NCBI GenBank assembly: GCA_934772445.1
Contig: CAKVMJ010000003.1
Span: forward strand, 1,672-65,671
Source: an uncultured Clostridia bacterium
Lineage (GTDB): Bacteria > Bacillota > Clostridia > Christensenellales > UBA1242
DNA length: 64,000 nucleotides
Reading direction: 5' to 3'
The position numbers and the translations under genes were made by a program. The notes below the pieces were generated by a model. It saw only the letters and a list, made by a program, of their open reading frames with translations, did no database searches and was not told where the DNA came from. How positions within the stretch are numbered: the first letter of the stretch is position 1; each line of letters begins with the position of its first letter. Below, in pieces: positions 47,001-59,000 of this stretch.

Positions 47001-50000
47001 TTTACCAGTGATAAATTCTTTAATTGTTCTAAATGAACCATAATTTGCTAATCTTGAGAACCTATAATAATTGAATGCATCATCTGTATCACCAATTGCA
47101 TCTTTATTTTTCAATTTAGATGTGAAGTCGCCAGAATAAGCATAAGTGGAAGGAATAGAATTTGAACCTTCAAACATTATATATTTAGTTAAGTTTCTAA
47201 CCAAATACTCATTTTCTCTATTCGCCTCATTTTGGTATTCACCAATAATATTCAAATCATCTGTGCCATTTAATATTGCTTTAACGCTTGTTGCATTACC
47301 AATTTCTAAGATAAGTTTTTTACTATTACTCTTTGCATACGCCATCATAAAGTAAACACTCTCACTCTTAACTCTTTGGTTTGTTGGGTTTTTAGATGTG
47401 TTATACCATTCAACATCGCCATATAGATATGCACTATTTGTGTTATAAGACATTGCCCTACCAATAAACGAACCAATTTCTGCTTGATATGCATCAATTC
47501 TATAAGTTTTTCTATTTACAACTTTATGAGAATCTTTCCATAAGTTTGCTCCAACAACTGAACCTAGAGAAATGGTTGTGTTCATATTATTACGATGAAT
47601 ATCTGACCAATTCTTAATATAATAATCGTTGTTTCTGCTTGCATTTAATAAATCATAATTATTAAAGGCATCTTCCATTGTTTGGATACCAATAAGTCCA
47701 CCATAAGAAATGAATGAGAATACAGATGCAGTTGTATAAACATCTTTCAAAGATAAACCAATAGATAATCCAACAATACCACCTGCAAATTTAGAATTTA
47801 TGCTTGCAACATCAACTCTATTATAACTAAATTCAATATTACCACTATAAGATAATCCTGCAAGACCACCTATATAATGAGCATTCGCATTAGATGCCCC
47901 AAATAGGTTTGGATTTTCGCCTTCAAACAAGCCATCATCATCGCCAACAGCAACTCCCCATTCAATTGAGATAGTTGATTTTGCATCGTTTGAATCGAAA
48001 TTCTTAACTTTGTTATAAATTTCCGAATCCATTGCAGTTTGATTTTCGTGAGTTACTTCACTGCTAGTTATATCGCCTTCTAAGTGACCAACTAATCCGC
48101 CACCAACTGCACTTGCTATTATTCTTGTGTTTTCAGAAACCACCAATTTTGAATTACTAATTAATGAGTTTCTTCCAACATAACCAAATAATCCACCAAC
48201 AACCTCGCCTCTTAAGCTAATATCGGATAGAACTTGGTTACTTCTAATATTTGCATTGCTAACCACATCGCTTCCAAGGTCTATTGTTTTTGCCTCTAAT
48301 ATTCCAGCAATACCACCAGCATAAGAAACTTCATCAATATTTGAAATATAATTTCCTTCATCGTTTGTTGAATAATGATATAGATTAAATCTATGAGTTG
48401 GGTCATCAACTTTAGCCGAATATCTATTTGCTGGACCAGTGTACATATTAGATTTAATAGAAACAGAAGATTTTATATTTGTAACTATAGTTTCATCGCC
48501 AGAGATTTTTCCAGCAAGTCCACCAGTTGCATTAAATCCATTGATTAATGAATTTTCATCGCCAAGAATTTGAATATTTTCAATATCTCCGCCCTCAATT
48601 CTTCCTGCCAATGCTCCAACATATTTAACGGCTGTGGCACTGATTGTATTTATATCCAAATTAAGATTTCTAACATTAGAACCTCTTAATCCATCTTCTT
48701 CGCCTTTCAAAACTTTAAATAAACCAATTTCTTCAATTGCTTCTTCTTTAACCTTTTCATTTTCAGCAACTATCTTTAAATCTTGAATGGTCATACCATT
48801 ACCCTCTAAATCGCCTCTAAATGTAAGTTTATAAGTTTTTACAGACTCTAGAACATTATCAAAATAAATATCTTTAACAAATCTTAAATATGCATCTTGG
48901 TCAACAGTTGTTTCTTCGCCCATATTATTGATTTGTAATGAGTAAATATTAAATTTTGATGCAGATGTTATAAGATATGGATTTAATACACTTTCGCCAT
49001 AAATTATATTAACACCTTTTGAATTTTCTTGAACATAACTATATGTATAAGAACTCTCGCTATTTTCATCAATTGCATTGATTGAGTTTACAGCAACTAG
49101 CAAGATTTCTAATATATCTTTATCACTTAATTCTTTATAATTTGTACCTTGTATAGAACCAGTATAAGTAATGCCATTTATGAAATAATTATTCATTATA
49201 TTCTGAACGGTATTATTACCAGAAATAATTAAATCTGTTTTGATAAGTGGGTTTTTAACAGTTATATAAGCATCTATTATTGCCTCACCAAGTTTAGTTG
49301 CATAACCGCAAGACCTATTTTCATCTTCTTCTATACTATTAGATGTGTTGTTTCCAATTAATCCAATAAATATTTCTTTATTTGAAATTCCATTATCTGG
49401 ATATCCAACGCCATCATTTGTTGTTGCTTCCAAAATTCTTGATTTTACTCTAATATATCCCATATCTGATGCTAATGTTTCAAGCACAGCTTTTATATCA
49501 CTATTAGATGGCAATTGAGGAATAAAGTTTGCCTTTCTCAAACTCATAGTTTTTAAGTTTGCAGAAACAAGTTCTGGAACTCTTGAAGTATAACTATTAT
49601 GTTTGAAATAATTTGCAATTGCTTTATTTTCGCTTGCTTTGTTATTATTTGCATCTGGAATAAACCAAACTGCTCTTGCCAATTTCTCCGGGTCTTTTGT
49701 ACCATTCTCAGCATAATCACTATTAAATGAATATGTTGCAAAACTTGTATAGGCTGCAAATTCCACAGATGATAATCCAATTGCAGTACTATCGCCTGAG
49801 CCAAATGGATCTGACCATAGTTTTTCTTGGTTAACCACGAATTGTAAGTTCTTACCACCTTGACCAGTTGTTAAGAATATTTCTTGCAATCCAACATAAA
49901 GTTTGCCATAGTTTTCTTCAAAACCTTCATCATCTTTATGGCTATATAATGCACTAAATATATCAAATAATTGTTGATAATCGTTTTTATTTACTTGCAT

Positions 50001-53000
50001 ATAATAGCTATTTTCAATCTTACCTTCATTCAAACTTTGTGAAGTTGAACCTTCAAATATAACACCTGTGAAAGGTTTATGATAAGTATCGTTTGTTTGA
50101 ACAGAAGATAATGTGAAGGAATTATTAATAGAAGCTGAAGCACCATTTGCAAATACGAATCCACTCGAACCACTTGCTAATATCAAGATATTAGAATATG
50201 AATTTGATACCACACCACTATTTGAATATATAAATCCAGAAGCATTTCCAGCTGAATTAATAACTGAACCTACAGCTCTTTGATTTAAAATATTTGTGTA
50301 AGTTAATTTAGTATCGGTTTGGCTATTTAAGAATTTATTTAATTCATAACTTGTACCATTTGTGATTTCATTATATGTATATTTCAAACCTACATATCTT
50401 TTATCAAATGTATCACCATTTTCAAGTTCCGTACTTCCAGTAACACCTGAAATATTTGGAGTTTGAGTAAATTCACCTTGAACTATTCCTCTACCATAAA
50501 CATAAGAATAATTAATTTCTCCGCTATTAAATATCGCAAAACCTGCAGTACCATTAGATGTATAACTTCCAGCACCTTTTTCGGAAATATTATAGATGTT
50601 TCCGCCTTTGAAATAACTTGAAGCCACCTTACCGCCACTAGCATTTTCGCATACAAATCCAGCAACATAAACATTACCAATAATTGAAACATTTTCAATA
50701 GCACTATTTGTTATATATCCGCTGTTAACACCAACCACTCCGCCAATTCTTATATCTTCGCTAGAACTAATTGTGTTACCAGATATTTTTATAATACTTG
50801 TTGTTCTATTTGAATTATCTAGCAATGGATTATTGCTTTTATATGTTGAATAATATGATGCTTTAATTCCATCTGCTTTTCCAAGCAAGCCATCTCTTTC
50901 TTCTCTGAATTTATCCGCATCGTAAGTTACATAAGCATTTGTAATTGTACCTTGGTTTTCACCAGCAATTAAGCCAAATCTTATCTGACTTAAATCTTGA
51001 ACTACAACATTAATATCGCCTTCTGCGTTTTTGATTTCTAATGTATCATCAAAGTTTCTATTATATGGAACTGCTTCCAAAATAATATTTTTAAGAATTG
51101 TTGCTTCGGATACCACTCCGAATAAACCAATATTTGTTTGGCTATTTTCAACAAAGTTTGCAAAAGATTTTAATCTTAAAACATAACTATTACCATCAAG
51201 GCTTGCAATTGCGGTGTTTAATGGAACCCAGTTTTCTAATTCCAAATCTTCCATTAATATATAGTGTACGCCCGCTTGCATATTTTTCAATTCTTCAACA
51301 GTATAGATAGGTTCTGGATTTTCTTCGTTTGACAATTGAATTGCATTAAATCCAAACTCACAATCAAAACTCTTTGAGTATTTATTTTGTTCACGATTTA
51401 CAATATCTTCAGCGCTATCCGCAAGTCCAACGCTTGTTTTACCATTTATATCTTTACCATATCCAATTGAAACGCTTAAAGCAAGTTTTGTTTGAGTATT
51501 TATATTAGTAACCCTAACATTCAAAGTTGCATAAGGTTCTAATAATTCCATCATACTATTTTCACCGATTGAAACTGAAATTCCAGTATTTAATCTGCTT
51601 GCTCTAGCATTTGTAATTTGAACGCCATTATAATTGCCTTCAACAGATAATGTTTCATAACTATCACCATCAACATATTTCCAATAAGCAGACCTATATA
51701 GATAATAAGCATCAGATAATGTACCTTTATTTAAAACGCCAGTTTGATTTGCATATTCATCAATTCTATTTGATAAAACATCAATAGTTGTTCTATCCAT
51801 TTCCACTTCTCCGAAGTTGCCCGCTTGATTTTGCCAAGTGGAAATTAAATTCGAACCATTAGCACCATCATTTTTCATTAAGTCTTCTAGGCTTATATAT
51901 TCACCAAATAAACCTCTTGAAGTTATTAATGCTTCTAATTTTGTAATATCTTTTCTAATGTTTGCTAAAATTGTATCCGCATTTTTAGCAATTTCATCAG
52001 CAGAATTTCCAAGAGCTGTTCCAAATTTTATGGTTAAATCTTTATAAGAAACATATTTTGCATCTATAACCGCTTTTAACGCATATTCTTGATTATAATT
52101 ACCATTTAATTCGTATTCTCCAGAATCGTTTTTCTCAACTCTTTCTGCTACAACATTATTAATAACATATTCAGAAATTATAAATGAAACTTTCTTTTTA
52201 GATTCATATCTATTATTGTTTATTATCTTATAAACCGTTACTTCAAGCGAAAATTCTTCGCCAATAATATCTCGATTATAAGGAACATAGAACCTATAAG
52301 TTTCGCCATCTTTATCTGGCATTACCTGTCTATTTAAAATATATCTCTCAACCGCTTCATCTTGCAATGAATAAGTTTTATTTGCAAGAATAATTGATTC
52401 TATATTTTTATCAACAGTTAGATTAAATAATTTACTTTCATCAATCGTACCATTTGTTCTAACAGTTAATTCAACTTCAGTTCCAATAGCAATTGCTGTT
52501 TCGGTTTCGCCATTAGAATTAAATACTAAATCTGGAGTTAATTGAGGAGAGATAATTAATTTTTCATCTATAACTTTCTTTCCATCTGCATAACCAACTA
52601 AATGTAATTCAAATTTAATGCTTGCATCACTAAATGTTGGAATACTTGTTTTTACATAATAATTACCATTATATTGGTATTCCACCAAATCTTCATTTGG
52701 ATAACCATAACTTATTTGTTTTAAGTTTAATGAATTTGAAACTTCAACATTCCCCTCATCATCAGCAAGAGATGTATAGTAACCACCAAATAAGTAATTA
52801 TTGTTTATTTCTCCGCTCTGATTTGTTATATAATTTGCATACATCTGCTCTAATGAAACAGAATATCCGCTAACCACATTTGAGCTTAGAGTTAGAGTGT
52901 CAACCTTACTATAACCTGGGTGAATATTTATATGCAATAATCCCGGTTGACCACAAACCAATGTGTTTGAAATAAAGCTTTGATTTATGCTTGTGATTAC

Positions 53001-56000
53001 ATTTGGTTTACCAGTTTCAACATCATAAGATTGCAATGTTATATCAGCATAATGATTTAGTGTAACTTTTTCCACAGCTTGTGAATTAATTGCATAATCA
53101 AATGAAACTGCTTCCACTCTACCATTGTTATCACCATACTTTTCTGAGTTGTTTACTAATGCAAAGAATGAAAATTTTAGATTTTCAGTTTCGGAAATAT
53201 AATATTTATATTCATCTAAAACTGTGATTGTGAAACTATATTTAATATATTTAGTTTCATCATAATTTTCTTCTAATTGGATTACATTATGATTTTTATC
53301 AAATCTTTGTATTGATGTTAATAAAACTCTAAATTTATCAACAGTAAATCCTTCAAACACCTTATCATTTAAAGGCAATTCATAAACTTTAGCACCATCT
53401 AATCGGCTTGTACCTTTATCTGTGATAAATGAATCTATATCTTTATTTGTAAATTCATCATATATGCTTTCAACAGTTTCGAATGTAAATTCTTCTGGCA
53501 TTATAACATCACCAGTTAAATCTAAATATTCGTTTTTATTATTTTGAACCGCAATATAAAGTTTTGCATTTGGATTATCTGTGGTGATTGTGGTTTCAAA
53601 ACTGCTTGGACTGAATGGGTTTGTTTTTGAATCTATAATTGTGGAAACAGATTTTGTACCATTAATAATATTGATATTAAACTTATCCCCACTATCCACA
53701 CTAAGTTCATTACTATTCTTATAAATTAAAACTCTTGTATTATCATTAATTTTAATATAAGGAACTGCCATTAAACTATAAGTTGTGGCATTAAGTCCGC
53801 TTATTACAGCTTCTGTTGCGTTATCACAATCAATATAAATTAATTCGCCTTTATCTTGAACCTTATTTACCTTAAACACTTGATTATTAATAGTAAATCC
53901 ATCTGGAATACCTGTTAAGCCTTCGTGGTAAACTTCAGTTCCTCCATTTGCTAAAACATAAAATCTAACGCCAAAATCAAAATAATTATTATTTTCAAGA
54001 GGAACTGCACCATAAAGTTTTATCAATGTTTTATCAACGCCATCTTGAGCAGTTAAACTCTCTGAAATACTAAAGTATAATCCGCTTGAAGTATTCTTAA
54101 TTATATTTAATGTTGGGTTATTCTTTGAAAGCTTTGTAGTTCTTGAAGAATCACTATAAATATCAATATTAGAAATTGCATTTATAATATTTACTTTTAT
54201 TATTTTGCTAAATTCTGTGTTTAATTTACTTGTGATTGATAATTCTGCCACACCACTTCCGCTAACAACCAAATATGCTTTGCCATTTTCATTTACAATT
54301 TTTACCAAGTTTGAATTACTCTTGATTGTAAGTTCGCTTGAAGAAATAAATGAAGGAGTGGCAATTGCTTTAATTACATCATTAAGCAAATATCTATTTT
54401 TCAAAGCTATTAATGAATTAATATGAGATGTAAATACTTTTTCATTTTGAGTTATCTTATCTAAATTGCCATCGTGATTGAAATCGTAATAGCCAAATTT
54501 TAATGGAAGCTTTTCTGTATCTACACTAAAGTAGGATAATGTTATTTCATCTGCTTTAACTTGAGATTCAACGCGTTTTGCAATAAGTTTATTTGATGTT
54601 GCATCATAAGTTTCTTCTAAGATTTCTTCTGTTTCAATAACTTTAACAATTGTACCAGTTTCAACCTCACCTTCTGATGGATAAGTTTTATCAACGAAAT
54701 TACATTCAATGCTCAAATTCTTCGGAGGTAAATCAACCACAAATTGAACTTTACCATTCTTTTCTTTATCTTTAGAAAGCACAATTGGGAAACCATTATT
54801 AACTTCTTGATTTAAGTAATAATCTTTTTTATCTAAATTTGCTGGTTTGCCATTAGTTTTATCCCAACCAGTTTCATTATCTATAACATCAATAATTTCT
54901 AAATTCCAAGAAGAATTTCTAAAGTTAGAATAATAATTAATATTTGAAATAATCAAATTTGTTAGGAATAAATTATCTTGATAAAGTTTAACATCAACAA
55001 GTGTACGAGAAAATCTTTCAATACTATCATAATAATATAATTGATTGTTAATCTTTATAAACTTACCATTACTATCCGCATCACCATTCTCATCACAACG
55101 AAGAGTTTTAGATTCTTCAATATAATGTAAGCTTAAATCACTACCTATATAAGATACATAATTACCATTTATTTGTTTTTTATAAGTTTCTAAAACTATA
55201 TTGCCATTTTTAGCATAACTTTCATTAATTGTAATTAAATTAGCACCAATTTCATAATTGCTTCCATTTTTAATTACAACAAAACTTTCAAATCCAATAT
55301 AGAAACTATTTAAAATTAGAATATTTGGAACTCTAAACTTTTTATTAATTGTGGTTGTGCTAACAACTTTTGAATAATTGCCCGTGTTTCCATTATCATC
55401 AAGTTTTGCATAAGAAGGAAGAGTTTCATAAGTTGTGTAATATAAAGTTTCAACTTTAGATGAAATTGTTTTTTCATTAACAATTCTAATAGTTAGAACA
55501 ACTTTATATTGCAAATTAGATAATAATTCGCACCAACTATCAAAGCTTCTATTATTTTCAACTTTATCATCTATCACAAAGCCATAGCCATTTAACATAC
55601 TTGCAAATGCACCGCTATCAACAGTATCAATTGTTTGATTAAATATATTTGATACCACAGTTTTAGCTTGAGTTAGATTTGTTACAGTTGTTTTTGCAAA
55701 ATATTGTCTGTTAAATTTCACCAAATCTAAAGATTCTGAAACAATTTTCTCTGAATATTCGTTAATTCCAGCAAAATTTTGTACAACATTTGTTGTTCCA
55801 TATTCTTTCAATAATGAATATGAATTTATAATATTATACGCACCGAAGTTTTCATCACCATATTTATAAGATTTACTTAATGAATAAGTGATATTACCTC
55901 CACTACTTCGAATTGATGCATTGCTAATAATACCTGTGGCATCACCAATAAATCCGCCTGCTTTTAGGTTATCATTTTTAAAGTAACCATCAACAACCAT

Positions 56001-59000
56001 ATTCTTAAGCACAATTGCAATAGAATTATCTTCGCCTTGCAATCCGCCAACAGCACCTCCAACATACGCAAACACTGCTGAATCATCTAATCTAAATGCG
56101 TTAAATTTAACATTTATCTGACAATTTTGAAGCACTAAATTCTTTGCTCTACCAACAAGTCCGCCAGCCACATTTCCTTCTTCGGCTTTTATTACAATAT
56201 CGCCAAAGTATAATTTATTCCTATCGGCTAACGAATATTTTTCATTTGAAATAACTTTATCCACATAAGAATAAACTGAAGAATATTTTATAACACCAGA
56301 AAGTATTATCTGAGAACCACTTGAAGCACTGGTTACATTTAATCCAACAAGTCCACCAACTGAGTCCTCACCCATAACAGCTGTGTTGAAATAACTAAAT
56401 CTATCATCGTTATCAATAAATTGAACTTTAATGCTATCAATCTCTGCTCTGAATTCGGTTAAGGAATTAATTGCAAAGCCATTTTCTAAAGATAATTCGA
56501 TTAATGGAGAATTTGTATCACCTTCACCATTTAAGTTTACACCAACAGCACCACCAATATTTTTTATACCAATAATCGTTGGCTCTACAACTGCACCAGT
56601 TATCTTGCCTGCATTTACACCAGCCACGCCACCAATATTGTTATTTCCATAGATAAATGCTCTAACTTGGCCATTTACAATCTCGCCTAAGTTTAAGCCA
56701 GCCACACCGCCAAAAGCAAATTTAGATGTTGCGGAAATATTTTCAGCATTTTCTAGGCTTGGATTTAAGCAAGAATAAATATCAAATTCAGCTAGACTAC
56801 TATCTTTAACTTCAAAACTAATTCTACTTTCTTTTCCAATATAACCAATCATTCCACCAACAAGCATATTGATAGAATCTATTGATGGGAAACCGCTTGC
56901 GATTTTAACTTTAACAGATGAGTTTACCACTGCTCCGCCTTGAATTGCACCCGCAAGTCCACCAACTAAAATATTTTTAGAGTTTGCACCAATATTTAGA
57001 TTTATTCCATATTGATTATTTTGAATTGAATAAATCTTTTGACCAGATAAGTTTTCTAATGAATTACCATCATCAATGAAAACATTTTCAATTCTTGATT
57101 GAATTGCTAAACCAACTAACGAACCAATTACTGCATTTTCATTAGTTGTGTTTATATTCATTTTTATATTCTTAATTGCAATATCTGCAATTTTAGCACC
57201 TTGTATTACACCAAACAAACCAATAAATTCCAATTCTTCTGTGTTGTTTAATTCAATGCTAATGCTTGGAATTGTACCAAATCTAGTTGAACCTACAAAC
57301 GAGCCTGTGAAAGGGGCAGTTAGCGAACCAATTGGTTTAAAACTTGAATTAGATAATGTAATATTATTAACTAAAACATAGTTTTGAGAATATGCTGAAG
57401 CATTATTTGAAAGTTTTAACAAATCTTCTTCTGTTGAGATTTCGTAAGGAACTTCCAATCCATCTTGAACAACCACTTGAATATCTATCCATTTCCTATA
57501 ATCGTTATTTTCCATAGCACTATCAAGCGCACAAAGTCTTAAATTAAACGATGGAGTTACATAACTTTCATTAATAGGTAAGCTAACAATCCAAACTTTA
57601 ACAACTTGGTTCTCGCTATCCACTTCAACCTCAATACTTGCATCATATATTTGTGCAACAATTGTTTTATTTTCTGGGTTTAATGGATTTAATACATAAG
57701 AAAATTCAAACATACTTTTTTCGTTTTTAACAAAATATATTCTGCTATCTGTTTCGTTTTCAACATCAAGTTCTCTTTTATCAAAAGTTATTCTATTTAA
57801 TGCCACATCTGGAATTATCTCACTAACCAATTTTGCGTTTGCCACTGTAATTCTGGTATGATTTGAAAATCCAGATTGATATGTGTTGCCATAGAAATCT
57901 TCATATTGCTCAGTTACATAAGCATAAACATAGAAATACGAACTAAAATCAAGATATTTATTAGCTGAGCTATCATTTAATATTCTTGTATAAAGGGTTA
58001 GAGTTTTGAAATCCGAACTTAATCTATAGTTTACCACTATATTAATTAAGTTACCTTCTAAAACAACTTCGCCCGACATATTATTTTTATCAATTTTGGT
58101 TTGACCAACTGGAAGTAACGATTCGCCATTTAATTTATTTAATAAATTCCAAGTTACTTCATATCTGCTCTTAACATCAATTGGTGCGATATTAATTGCA
58201 ACTTTTGTTATACCCTTCTTTTCTCTCTCTTCAATATTTAATGTATCTAATGTGAAGATTGAAGGATTTGAAGCGGTGGTTTTTACAGAACCGATTAATG
58301 ATTTTACATGAACATAAAATCTAAATTTAAATTCTTTTTGTGTTGGTTCAATATCAATATTATCATCTTCCCAAGAATAACCTCGGATTGTTATTTCAAT
58401 TTGAGTTTTATAAGCTGAAATATTTTTTGCAATTATATTCTTACCCTGAACTAAAACGCTTTCTGGAGCAGAACTTATTATCCTATAAGTTGTGTAGCCC
58501 CTATTAATATCAAGCAAGTAGGAATTTCCATTTTCATTAAATTTGATTGCAACGGTTTGCTTATTTCCAACCAAGGCTGAATATTCATTAAAGTTATCAT
58601 CATACATTCCGATTTCTTTAATTTCTTTTAAATCTTTATCAGAATAACTTCCAAGTTCCGCCACCAAATTTTCTGATTTTAAATTCATCAAAACTAAAAC
58701 TTTAATTTTAAATACATATCCATTTGGAGTTTGAACTAAAATTTCGCTATTGCCAAGTTTTATTTTTGTAACCTTTATATCAAAACCTGTTAGAGTTTTA
58801 TTACTAATTTCAACTAACTCGTTATCACTATTTGTAAATTTAAAATTATCAATTTTCAAATCTGCATATCTAGCATCAACTTGTCCATCAATATTAATCC
58901 AAGATGGGTTTCTTAATGGATTATTTAATTGCATAAAATTAAATGTTACAGGAAGGTCAGATAAGAAATTCAAATAAATTGTGGCTTCACTATCACCAAT